The notes beneath the pieces are model-generated. The model saw only the letters and a program-made list of their open reading frames with translations, was not told the origin of the DNA and ran no database searches. A DNA stretch of 64,000 nt, taken from the NCBI GenBank assembly GCA_965235115.1, contig OZ249436.1, forward strand, positions 50,036,001 to 50,100,000, given 5' to 3'. The position numbers and the translations under genes were made by a program. Positions 13,901 to 25,698 of the stretch are shown piece after piece; position 1 is the first letter of the stretch; every line of letters begins with the position of its first letter. The DNA comes from Laetmonice hystrix (lineage: Eukaryota).

Positions 13901-14996
13901 CAACACTTCCAGACCCAACCAGTGGTTTCAACATGTGGTCAGACTGAGACTGAACACTTGGACCACAACTGATACCATATTGAGGTACCAAGGTACAACA
14001 CCAACACTCACAGGCCTAACCAGTGGTTTCAACATGTGGTCAGACTGAGACTGAACACTTGGACCACAACTGATACCATATTGAGGTACCAAGGTACAAC
14101 ACCAACACTCACAGGCCCAACCAGTGGTTTCAACATGTGGTCAGACTGAGACTGAACACTTGGACCACAACTGATACCATATTGAGGTACCAAGGTACAA
14201 CACCAACACTCACAGACCCAACCAGTGGTTTCAACATGTGGTCAGACTGAGACTGAACACTTGGACCACAACTGATACCATATCGAGGTACCAAGGTACA
14301 ACACCAACACTCACAGACCCAACCAGTGGTTTCAACATGTGGTCAGACTGAGACTGAACACTTGGACCACAACTGATACCATATTGAGGTACCAAGGTAC
14401 AACACCAACACTCACAGGCCTAACCAGTGGTTTCAACATGTGGTCAGACTGAGACTGAACACTTGGACCACAACTGATACCATATTGAGGTACCAAGGAC
14501 GGTACAACACCAACACTCACAGGCCTAACCAGTGGTTTCAACATGTGGTCAGACTGAGACTGAACACTTGGACCACAACTGATACCATATTAAGGTACCA
14601 AGGTACAACACCAACACTCACAGGCCTAACCAGTGGTTTCAACATGTGGTCAGACTGAGACTGAACACTTGGACCACAACTGATACCATATTGAGGTACC
14701 AAGGTACAACACCAACACTCACAGACCCAACCAGTGGTTTCAACATGTGGTCAGACTGAGACTGAACACTTGGACCACAACTGATACCATATTGAGGTAC
14801 CAAGGTACAACACCAACACTCACAGACCCAACCAGTGGTTTCAACATGTGGTCAGACTGAGACTGAACACTTGGACCACAACTGATACCATATCGAGGTA
14901 CCAAGGTACAACACCAGCACTCACAGACCCAACCAGTGGTTTCAACATGTGGTCAGACTGAGACTGAACACTTGGACCACAACTGATCATATTGAG
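10984..14996. repeat. 101-bp tandem satellite, about 40 copies
   Basis: Unit aaccagtggtttcaacatgtggtcagactgagactgaacacttggaccacaactgataccatattgaggtaccaaggtacaacaccaacactcacagaccc. Starts at 11002, 11103, 11204; near-identical copies. Confidence 0.98.
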
Positions 14997-15847
14997 TATT
15001 TCGACAGGCACTGTCGCTGCCCAGGCCCTAGCCTTCACAAAGATAGATACTTGGCAGCGGAGGCATGACTCACTGCAAGTGCAATGACTTTAAGATTCAT
15101 GAGCACATACCTAGAATATCATAGCGGTAATAAAATAAGATCCCTTCCAGATAAACGTATGTTCTTTCCAGTCTTGGACTATAATGACCTGCACGGTTTT
15201 CAGTAAGCTGTGTGGGCTACTGCAAATATGTTGGTTATAATATTCTTCTCTTGTTCAAGTCCTTCAATTTGTACTCAACACCAAGTACTCTATCAATATG
15301 ACACTCATTGTTGCTTTCACTTGACCTGGGGCTGCCTCCTCAAAACTGATCAATACTGATGCTGAGCACAACCAAACTGGGTCACCTCAACTTGTGGTGG
15401 ATATAGCTGAGTGTGGCTGGGAGAAAAACCAATCAATTCCTGACAAGAATACGGCCGAAACGGGTTTATGGCGGTATATTGTTCCTTTTAAAAATTGAAT
15501 ACAAGTTGATACTGAGGAATTTCGGGGGAGGGGTTAGTTGTTCTGAACAATTAAAAATACTTTCATTTGTTTACATCTACATATAGGACACAACATTACG
15601 TGGACAGATGTACACGAGACATAACATCAAACTACTATACCACATCACACAATGAGTTGAAGGCCAAACAAGATGACACGTAGTATTTAAGCAAAATATC
15701 GGAGTCAAGAACTAAATATTTCATTTTTCTCACATACAGGTCAGTGTGTGATCATTATACTTATATAGCTGGGGGTGAAAGGTATGTTCTTGTCAATGTC
15801 ATTATATATTCAGAGTCAATTACCGGTAAGCACCGTAGTGAAGAATA

Positions 15848-16119
15848 CAGTGGATTGGGGTTTATTTGCATGAGTTTATTTTCATGCAAATTGTCCAAAA
15901 TGCATTCAGCAGTTATCATAAATGGAATGTTTTTTTTATTTTTATTTTAGGGTGAGTTTTATATGTACAATCAATCAATCAATCTAACCTAATAATTATA
16001 ATATTGAGGAAAAAACAACGCACAAATTTAACCCTTAGGGCCTAACTTAGGGCCTATAAGTTATGGCCTGGAAGTGAATGTGTGAAAATAAATCCTCGCA
16101 AAAGTAACCCAATCCACAG
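15848..16119. mobile_element. TA-flanked MITE (Tc1/mariner-like)
   Basis: TA|cagtggattgggg...tttattttca and tgaaaataaa...cccaatccacag|TA form imperfect ~37-bp terminal inverted repeats (TIRs). Confidence 0.6.
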
Positions 16120-18329
16120 TATTATTCAATAGCCCATGTTGGCAAGTAAAAGATTTCAAATGTCAACACTGAAATGGTCAATCAAAGTATAGAAGAGCCT
16201 GTTCAAAGATATCATAATGGCATTAATGCATGGTTTATGTGTAACTGTATGGCAATTACTGGGAAAACTGAGCTGATCACATGCCACTGGCCTCAACCTC
16301 GTTGAGATTATAGGCTGCGAAAGCAGGGGCGGGGCACTGCCCCCGCTCCCCCTATGATCTTATTGGGGGGGGGGGGGGGCTGGCCCCCCAGTAATCATGA
16401 TAATCCTGTCCCTTGTATATTTTTGATGGCATAATATTACTATTCCTATAGATCTGTTTTTGTATCTTAATACTTATAGTTATAGGCCTATATTATTATA
16501 ATACTATATAAAACAACCATGTTCCACTACCTCAAGCAAAATACCGCCCCCCCCCCCCCCTCCAATATTTATATAAAATCTGTTCCGCCGCTACTGGAGA
16601 TGCAAACTTTACCTGATTACGACGAATACCTAATTAGGTTTCAAGAACAAACCTCTACACTTGACGCATTCTTTCATAGGCCTACCTGTGTTTCTAGGAA
16701 TGATCACCGAGTACGTATCGTAGGATATTGTAAGCCAGTTCGCTGTCCTCAGACTCAGTCACTACTACTAGGAGGACGCAAGGCGGGGGTTTAATAACAG
16801 CTGGTAGCTTCTCATCGATCCAATCTTCACTGCAGCCTTCACTTTCTCACAGCGAATATTACATCCAAGAGTTTATCAGCAGAAACATCAGGTAGCCACA
16901 TGTGACCAAACATTAATAAATGGTCTTCCCGTAACAACTCCGTCAACCCGTGGTGACAATGAATACACCGCACAGCGAACGTGAGGATGTTTATCGTTTA
17001 CGGCTACATCAGAACTCTAGATACCAATACGCAGGGCAGGTTCGTGTCGTCATCAACACGGAATTCCCCATGCGGTTATATCAAAATACGAATCCACAAA
17101 CGAAGAAATAATAGGAAAGGAAATGGAAAGGCGCCGACGGCAGAAAGTTATGTTCCATGTCCTGGATGACGCACATTTATGATAGCCTAAGTTGGAAGAA
17201 ATGGATATTAAATATGTCAATCATTCAGTGGGCCTGTACAGCTTTCTTCCTGTATTAAAATCACAGTTGGAGCGACATATAAACGGCAAGATAAATACGT
17301 TTATTAAAGAGTGTGGAGAGGTCTGTAGATTTTTCTAACAACCTGTATAGCAACATTGTTCTAAGCATATTAATTTTGTGCGTAGAATCTTGTTTCCGCT
17401 TTTTTCGTTCACTCACTCGACCTGTAAATGAAAATGGCAGTAAACATATAAAAAAAAGAAAAAAAGAAATAGATCTATATATATTAATTATGCGAACATC
17501 TGTTTATGTAATTTAACAACTCAGCAATAGGCCCTGACAAACTAGCCAATTTAATTAAACATTAAAGGTATTTACCTAATAGATCTAGAGAGATCTACGG
17601 TAGGCCTATACATTTAAAGGTTGCTACAAATACAATTAAGACAGAACCATGTTTATAAAGTAAAGCCATGTTCAAAGGTCTAGGCCTACATAGGCCTACA
17701 TTAGCCCTACGTGCGGAATATTGTCTCTGAAAATTGTTGGAGCAGAAAGGTTTAGGCCTACTCAAATTCCAGTCGAGTTCAGACGATATAGGCCTATATT
17801 ATGCAATGATAGGCCTAACCGGATGAAAATCTTCTTTTTTTTTGCAGGCAGTTGGAAAGTCGTCCAGGTAATCGGAACTTAATCCGGTTCATAAATAACC
17901 TCGGATGTAGGCCCAGGAATGTAAATTGTATTGAGGCAGCCGAGGCAGCTGCCTCGGCTAAATTTTAAAAAAAAAATTGTAGGCCTATTGCAAAAAAATT
18001 CTGTAGGAGGCCTCCACATGAACGACTCGCGCCTTTGGCGCTTGCCTCGGCCAAATCCCCTTCACATTTATGATGATAGACCTACAAAATGTAAAACGTC
18101 GAAGTGAGGAGGCTCACGCGTAAAAACAGATCGCCTCAGGCCTCGGGCACACAGCACGCTAAACTGGTAAGCTCCGTTCCGGATACTCAGTTACAGTATA
18201 CGATTATGCTTTTGTGATTAACTGCTCGAGGGATTCCCCAACCGTATGGAAATGGTGACGTCACAAACCCTGCTTGAGACATTTGCGACTTTGAAAATGG
18301 CGAAACACCCCACCGGCATACTAATTTCT

Positions 18330-18380
18330 TTATCGTCAGATGGCGCTGTGTGCTTTACGACACGCGCCATCTGTAGATAA
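18330..18380. promoter_or_regulatory. Inverted pair of CTCF-like motifs
   Basis: tcgtCAGATGGCGCtg and, 17 bp later, GCGCCATCTGtaga. Matches the right half of the CTCF core consensus CCASYAGRKGGCRS. Confidence 0.35.
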
Positions 18381-18846
18381 CTCTGTTCAACACGAACCCA
18401 CCCATTAATCGACAGCAAAACTTTAAAGGAGTAGATTTTCTCTAGCACCCTTGGACGGAGGCTACAAATAATATTAGGCCTATAGGCCTATGTACACCTA
18501 GCTATAGTATAAGACCGTTTCAAACCGTTGTTCTGCATCAAAAGAAAGGTAGGCACCGTCTAGGCCCTACTAGCAGGCAACTTTAAAATTAAGGGGCATC
18601 TAGGCCTAGGCCTAGAGATCTATGCACTTTAACTAGAAGAAAAAGGAAGCCTACAGATTTAGGCCTACTACACTATCCTCACCTATAGGCGTAGGCCCTA
18701 TGCCTAATTATGACGCCTAGATCTACATTTGTTCAAATTAGCACTAGGCCTATTTTAAAAAGCTGTAGGCCTACTTGGAACTTGTACCTTTAATTAATCA
18801 TGTTTCCAAATAGGCTATCATTAACCTATAGACAGTAGGCTATATA

Positions 18847-19686
18847 TCGGGTGTCCCAGAAAAAGTGAACCGCTTTTTGACAAGTATTTTCTCAGTGATA
18901 GATAAACCGAATTCATTGAAAATTTTCACACAATAACCTTAGGGTATCATCAACAAGTCATCAAAAAATCCAATATCAAAGGAAAACCCTTATTTCAGTT
19001 TATGCTCAATGTGGCCTCCATCTTCCTTCACGACTAAAGGAAGTCGTTCCTTCCAAACAGGAATGCTTTTACGTATTTCTTCCACCGATATCTTCTCCTA
19101 TGACATAATTATCCTGTCTTTTAACGCTGCCGGGGTCAATTTGCCTCCCAGTGCCCGGTAAACTTTCTCCTTCAGAGAGTTCCATATAGCATAATCCTTG
19201 AACATGATGGTGATGGTCAGATTGCACAGTTTTGATATCAGATTTTTTGACATATTGTTTTGAATTTGACAATACTCGCATAATTTCCGCCCGATCTTTT
19301 AGATATTTTGCAGACTTGTTGATGATACCCTAAAGTTATTGTGTGAAGAATTTCAATGAAATCGGTTTATCTGTTTGCAAGAAACGGCTTCCTTTAATCG
19401 TGAAGGAAGATGGAGGCCACATTGAGCATAAACTGAAATAAGGGTTTTCCTTTGATATTGGATTTTTTGACATGCTGTTTTGAATTTGACAAGTCATGTT
19501 AGTGATTAGTGTTAGTGTTAGTGTTAGTGTTAATGATTTCATAAGTCATGTTAGATCTTTTAGATATTTTGCAGACTTGTTGATAATACCCTAAGGTTAC
19601 TGTGTGAAAATTTTCAATGAATTCGGTTTACCTATCACTGAGAAAATACTTGTCAAAAAGCGGTTCACTTTTCCTGGGACACCCGA
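18847..19686. mobile_element. 840-bp TA-flanked MITE with ~110-bp TIRs (Tc1/mariner-like)
   Basis: TA|tcgggtgtcccagaaaaagtgaaccgc...caacaagtc versus gacttgttg...gcggttcacttttcctgggacacccga|TA. Internal ~95-bp inverted repeat (about 18961-19060 / 19371-19470) and an internal duplicate of the right subterminal block. Confidence 0.9.
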
Positions 19687-20718
19687 TATATATAGGACAA
19701 AGTGTTCATGGTGCCCCGTTCATAGTGCCCCAAAGAAACCATTTCCGCCATTTTGTGTGAAGTGGCCTATATCTACTGCTATTAGGCTAGGCTATAACAC
19801 TCATTTTTTGCCAAGTATAGCTAGGCTATCGCCCACCCTTAGGCTACAAACTAAATATATAAGTGCTACTATTGTCCCTAAGACTACTCAACCTAAGTAG
19901 GCCCATTCCAGAGATAGGAAGAAAAAGAAGAACATTGAAACAAATTACTTTTGACGGTCCAAAACCACTTTTGTGGGACACAAAATCACAACGCCCTCAC
20001 ACAACATTCCTAGGTGGCGCCGCGTATGATTGGGGGATATTTTGACGTTTTATTATTGTGCCCCAGTGTTCATGGTGCCCCGGTCTCCCTACGTTGCACA
20101 TACATTGCGAATAGAGTATTATACAATGGAATATTAACCTATGCCCTTGGCCTAAAAAAATGTTCCTTTTTCAAACTGCGCTCGAAATTGGGGCGTCTCT
20201 CAGTCTGCGTAGATCTGTGTCTGTCCAATCCACATGGTGGCGCTGCGGAGCGTGTGTACAGCCTGTACACCGACAGCCGGCGCCACAAGACTACAGCTTG
20301 CTCATTTATGGCTCATTGTCAGATGTTTTATGTTCTAGTTTAAAATTTAATACAAAACTTATGAGAATTACAACAGTTTATGTCTGGAATATCTTTATTA
20401 TAAAACCTTTAAATGTAGGCCTAATAGGCCTTATTACCTTTATTAATATTACTCGTAACTCGTATTCCAATTTCATGTCAGTTTATCTTCTGTTCTTTCG
20501 CTTCTTTACTTATTTCAATTTGACTTCTGTCTCTAAGACGTTGCGAGGGCTAGTCAAGTTTTCATCAGTGCATGTACCGAAATGCAATATCACGGGCATA
20601 GTCTAATACAGGGGGGACTAATAGTCGTGTTAATCGAGGAAATTGCTACGAACGCACCCTGACATACTAAAAAAGATGAAAGTCATATATGGAGTATATA
20701 TCAACATATATAGAATCT

Positions 20719-20724
20719 TTTATT
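20719..20724 (-). terminator. Candidate polyadenylation signal (AATAAA) of the GPCR
   Basis: AATAAA on the minus strand about 490 nt past the stop codon. Others occur further downstream, so usage is unknown. Confidence 0.3.
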
Positions 20725-21215
20725 TCACTTGTAGTGGCTTCAAGGTTGCCTTAGACATGGCAGAACGTCTCCATTTCCATGGCATTGTGATGCAAATGTG
20801 ACCTTTCTCATCTTTCATCTCCCTTTCATGTTGTAAAGGCAAATGGATTTAGTATTCAGACGTACAGTTCACTAGCTCTTTGTATAAGGCAATCATATAT
20901 GTCGGATGTGATAGGCCCTTTCGGAGGATCGAATGGGAATTACTATCCGGCCGGTGAGAACCAGGCAGTCTTATGATGAAAAGGGACTCTCATGGTAGTT
21001 GTACACTTGTATAAAACATATCCTTGTCGGAAAAGGCAGGTCATCTATAAGGCGACTCTGTTATGAAAGAACACTGTTATCTGTAACCCTAGAGTACGCA
21101 CATGACATATACGCCATGTTGTAAGGCTCACAATGTTGATACGTTCATATTTACATCGATATACATGTATGGCGATATGTATCATCACGTTACACAGGCG
21201 GCAGTCGAAGACCTA

Positions 21216-21565
21216 CTAGTCATATGTTTTTTCGTAAGTCCTTCCTGCAATATGTGGAGGCGTCGGTTTCCGTGAAAGTTTCGTATTATAACTCATTATT
21301 AGGAGATCATTATGGTTGACCCCTTTTATCATGGGGGAAGGATTTCCGGCGTATCGCTCGCCCTCACTGTGAGCATCGTCTGGTCGCAAAGGGGCCGGAT
21401 GCGAAAGCGAACTTTCGTTATCACCCCGAACACTGCAGCCGTTGTGTAGTTCCTTGACAGGGCCCGCTAACTGACAGGAAAGTTGTGACCTTGACTGATT
21501 ACGGTCAGACTTCACACAGCAACAACAACGTCGAAACTCCTTGACAAAATTAATGGCGAAGATCC
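21216..21565 (-). CDS. GnRH/AKH-type GPCR last coding exon (helix 8 and C-terminal tail)
   Basis: Acceptor ttgcctttttcag, phase 1. In frame with ORF 21216..21641: (G)IFAINFVKEFRRCCCCVKSDRNQ...TYEKTYD-stop. The five exons total 825 nt = 275 codons including the stop. Confidence 0.88.
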
Positions 21566-21894
21566 CTGAAAAAGGCAAAGCAACTGGTAGAGTGTCATTT
21601 TGCGGCGGCCTTGAGTCTTTGGTACCTTCTGCAGAATCCATAGTAATTCAAGTAAAAAAATGCTGATCATAAGAAATACCATGCTTTACTACATTATACC
21701 GCCGTCACAGACAGTTATGTAAATATCGTCGCAGTTTTCTGTTTATAAATATATGTCTCGAATATAGAAAGCCTAATGTTATTAGTTTATATATAATTCG
21801 ATTCCATAGTGTGTTGCTTAACTAATGTTTCCGAGGAAATCTTAATGGCAAAATTAATGTAAACAATGTTGACATGTATGATGAAAAGCCTTAC

Positions 21895-21983
21895 CATATA
21901 CTATAGGATCCATGCAGGAATTAGAAACGGCAAAAATAAAAAGTCCACGCTGTATCTTTGTGTCCAATTTCGATGCAGATTCT
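21895..21983 (-). CDS. GnRH/AKH-type GPCR exon (ECL3 and TM7)
   Basis: 89-nt exon, acceptor tctcttttttccag, donor G|gtaagg, phase 2 to 1. Translates (R)[29 protein letters not shown](G), with DPxxY. Confidence 0.95.
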
Positions 21984-22679
21984 CTGGAAAAAAGAGAAAC
22001 ATATAAGACAGTGTCAAATTCTATTATGTTTATAAGAAGGCTGTTAAGTAGTTCTGGGGTATACAGTCACCCACGACGCAGTTTTAGCCCATGCATGATC
22101 AACAAGTCTACACTGACAATCTGCTTACGACTGAAAGACTTCAATCATCTGCCGGCTCCCAGGGAACACAGCCTCAACCAGAGGGTAACCTGCAGTCTCT
22201 GGCCTCAGAAGTTCACTACGTTTCCCTGCACTCCTAACAATTCCACCAAGGGAATGAGCCCGATTCATTAACTAGCATCTGACTATAATTATACTCCACA
22301 ATAAATGCCAACGGTAGGCGTTGGCAATTCAACGGCAGCTAATTGAATTCGTTGACGTTGTCAAGTGACTTACATGCGCACTGCAAAAAACTCCATTTCC
22401 CTCACACAGAATTGTTCATAATAAAATTTTTGACAGTGACTTTCATCGAGGAAGGGCTTTGAGACTATCTCCCTAATTCCCATTGGCCGTGTTTTTACAG
22501 TGGAACACCGGTACCACCTCTCGCCCAAAGTACTATCATTCTCCATTCATTCTAGTGTGAAAACTGAAGCGAATTTATGCACCACTGTAAGGCACAATGT
22601 TTGCTTGATCCCCTTAGTTGCCTTAGTTACGTCATACACCCATCACTCATTCTAACTGATTCATGAAATGTCGACTTGC

Positions 22680-22743
22680 CTGTCAAACCACCACCATGCA
22701 CAGATGACGAAGTAAGGTGTCCAGCAAAGGATAAATACCAGAA
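22680..22743 (-). CDS. GnRH/AKH-type GPCR exon (TM6)
   Basis: 64-nt exon, acceptor aattttgtttcag, phase 1 to 2. Translates (V)LVFILCWTPYFVICAWWWFD(R), containing CWxPY. Ends at a non-canonical AG|gcaagt donor. Confidence 0.93.
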
Positions 22744-23486
22744 CTGAAACAAAATTAACAAATATAAAGGATCGGCGGATTATAAGTTCATGAAAAACTG
22801 CTAGTAATTATCGTATATAAATAGAGAGAAAGAAACCTCCTACCGCAAAGCACTGAAGGAACTGTTCCAATTAAGTTCGCAGCTCGTTCAATTTTTCTCA
22901 GAACACTATACGCTGTTAGAAACTTCAGCTGACGTACGAGGAGCAATCACTTCCTGTATTAGACACTGTGACTTTCTGGTATTCGTTTATTACGCGCTCC
23001 TGACTTACAATTTGTGACGTTATGAAAATTCAATTACTGGCACAAATGTATGAGTATCCTTAACTAAGATGGGATAATATATAAGATTTCCTTTGTACTA
23101 CGTCTTCAGAGGATTTTATTTTTTTGTCTGAGACGAATGTCTATGTCTGAGTGTTTCACATATATATTTATAAGAGGTTCATTAAACCTTTACCTGAATT
23201 TAAAGAACAGATAATTTAAAAATTAATCGATACTTTCAGACTTCTAGGAAACCATTTTTACTGAAGCCCAGACCATTATATCATTGTTAATTAAGTATAT
23301 AATTATAAAGTTTGTGATACAGCCTCTTAACAATAGGTGCACTCGTCCTCCACCAAATCTATTCAACTCTTAATACCGTTAGTTTCAATATATCGAGCTA
23401 CCGTATGTACATAAGTGGAATTGAATTTTGAATACGATTTTAAAAAGAAAGAAAAAGGCTGCACAGGAAGCTTGGAACCATCCTAA

Positions 23487-23756
23487 AGCTGTGTACACAT
23501 GTAGCGTTTTTGCGGCAACGGCAACGATAATGCGGCAATGCGGCAGCGGCCAAAACAATCGCCAAAATGAAATCCAGTGAATGTGTACACAATGCGTACG
23601 GTAACGGCAATACGACTATCCGACTACTATCTGCCTGGCAGATAGTCGGATAGTCGTATTGCCGTTTCATTTTGGCGATTTTTTTGGCCGTATTGCCGCA
23701 TTGCCGCATTATCGTTGCCGTTGCCGCAAAAACGCTACATGTGTTCACGTACAGCT
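23487..23756. mobile_element. Palindromic PIF/Harbinger (Tourist-like) MITE
   Basis: TAA|agctgtgtacacatgtagcgtttttgcggcaacggcaacg ... cgttgccgttgccgcaaaaacgctacatgtgttcacgtacagct|TAA. 3-bp TAA target-site duplication (TSD); the element is almost entirely self-complementary. Confidence 0.88.
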
Positions 23757-25435
23757 TAAGGCATAAAGGCGCACGAGGCCTCAAATGAAACTGACGGAGG
23801 TCTTCGCAACCTGGTGGAGTGAACTAGAGATTAAGCATCATGAAAGAAGCTAATCGTGCAACCACTAATGATCACAGCCACTGGCACTGGCCACTCCGAG
23901 CAGTAGAAGGCTTTATAAAGGAACAGTCATGACATGATTTGTAAAGTAGGGATAATCCTTAGGATAAGTCCCTGTGGCTGTCCTGAGCCCATGCATGATG
24001 GGATATCGTGTCGGCATGCACATCGACCTTTCCCACGCTGCCCTTTTTACTCTCTAAACCTCCATCAGAGGTCACAGCGCCCCATTAGGCGCCATCATCC
24101 TTGGGACGAGCAGTTTAATATTACATAAAGATGTAAGTTTTAAGATAGAGTCAGCGCCATCTAGTAGCCCGGTTCTAGCTGTCTGTCGTCACTGACCCGG
24201 GGACATCGTGTCACCGCATCTCGTATGTGTCAAACAGCGCCACCACTGACTAAATTTCAACAACCAATCATCTGTCTTCTTTCATACACTGCAAACGTGC
24301 CTTAGCGACTCACAGAGCATCTTGAGTTGTCAAGGGGCATCGCGCATCCTGGGAATCACTGGAAGCGGTTTGACCCCGAGCGTGGGAGGATGCTTAGAGT
24401 GTAGTGGGACCGCGATTTGTTTTGATTTAAGATCTGGCCGAAGAGCGCTTGTAAGAACTGTCCTGATTGGTCGCAAGGTTGTCGGTGATTGGTTAAATCT
24501 CCTGAGCTAAAATATAAGAGTTTTGCTCCTGGTTATGCCAGGGCGTATACGTAAGCACGCAAAGCACGCAAGCGTTACGCACAGGTCACAGGATGGTAGC
24601 CACGGGTTGGTCATTGACAATTCAAGTGACTGCCATGGCTCCATTACTGCCGCTATCGACCCCCCCCCCCGAACACTCGGACAACCATTTTACGGAAAGG
24701 GCACACCCTGCACTTGATTATAACACCAGCAGGCTGTCAAGTGCTAATGACCCTCAAATAAATAGGAAAATAGGATTTTGCTGTGGTAAAAATAGGAAAA
24801 TCAAACTGAAAATATACGGAAAATAGGGATTATTTGAACAGACAATCCGAATTTGTTTTGTCAGTTTGCGCTTGAGTATATTGATCAGCAAAATTACTAA
24901 GAAAAACTCAGAAATACATAAGAAGAAACAGTAACATCTGAAATGTTCACTCAATCAATTTGTCTTTTTTTATAAAGTCTTTTTGAGATTCAAATATGTT
25001 AAAATTCACGTAATTTTACGGTTTATAAAAATTGACAAATGACACGCGTCGGAATATTTTAGGGATACTGCACAAAAAAGGAATGATGCTGAAAAATAGG
25101 AAAAAATAGGAACTTAACCAGCGATGTTTCGGTTATTTCGGACGAAACAACCTTCAGAGACCTCCGATATTCTAGTTAGACTAGGTAGAGGATGTATAGA
25201 GAACGCTCCTAATTTTCAAAATTTTCGCGGGGAAGCATGCTTCCAGACCCCCCCCCCCCCCTTTCCAGCAAGCTCAGCTTCGCTTGTCCCCAAGGGCTAG
25301 GACTACTTCCATCATGAGCAGAAACGAAACAAGGCCAAAGAAATCCTGGCTACGTGCCTGAACAAGAGTACATCAGGATTACCACAAGGGGTCTGTGTGT
25401 CGACTGTGGTTCTCATTGTCCGCCCATTATATTAA

Positions 25436-25590
25436 AGGGAATTGCTTTCTTTAAATTTTCCAGCTGTGTTGTCTGTAAGAAATATATCATATTACAACGA
25501 TCTACCTCCTACTATGTGTCGACTTACTTCTAACAATAACGAAACTGGACGAGCAAACGTGCCATTCTTCGCTTGGACGGTGAAAAATGA
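25436..25590. mobile_element. Family B element left end (TTAA-flanked)
   Basis: ttaaaggga...agaaatatatcatattacaacgatctac...gcttggacggtgaaaaatg, closely similar to 4833-4992. Confidence 0.65.
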
Positions 25591-25698
25591 GATCGCATTT
25601 TACCTCGGCTTGTGCCCACGAGCACTGCTTGTTTATCAGCGAACTGGGCAAGGCTATCAGGCATTTTTGCGAGAAGTAAGCCTTTGGCGAGGACCGTA

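Noticed and set aside
10984..14996. CRISPR-like appearance of the 101-bp array (and of the 38-bp and 43-bp arrays)
   Set aside because: There are no unique spacers, the whole unit repeats, there are no cas genes, and the context is spliceosomal and eukaryotic.
19495..19535. (TTAGTG)n run as an interstitial telomere
   Set aside because: Not TTAGGG or TTAGG, only about five units, and inside a MITE.
21566..21641. N-terminal part of ORF 21216..21641 as coding
   Set aside because: It lies upstream of the acceptor at 21567-21566, so it is intronic; the ORF is the receptor's last exon, not a separate gene.
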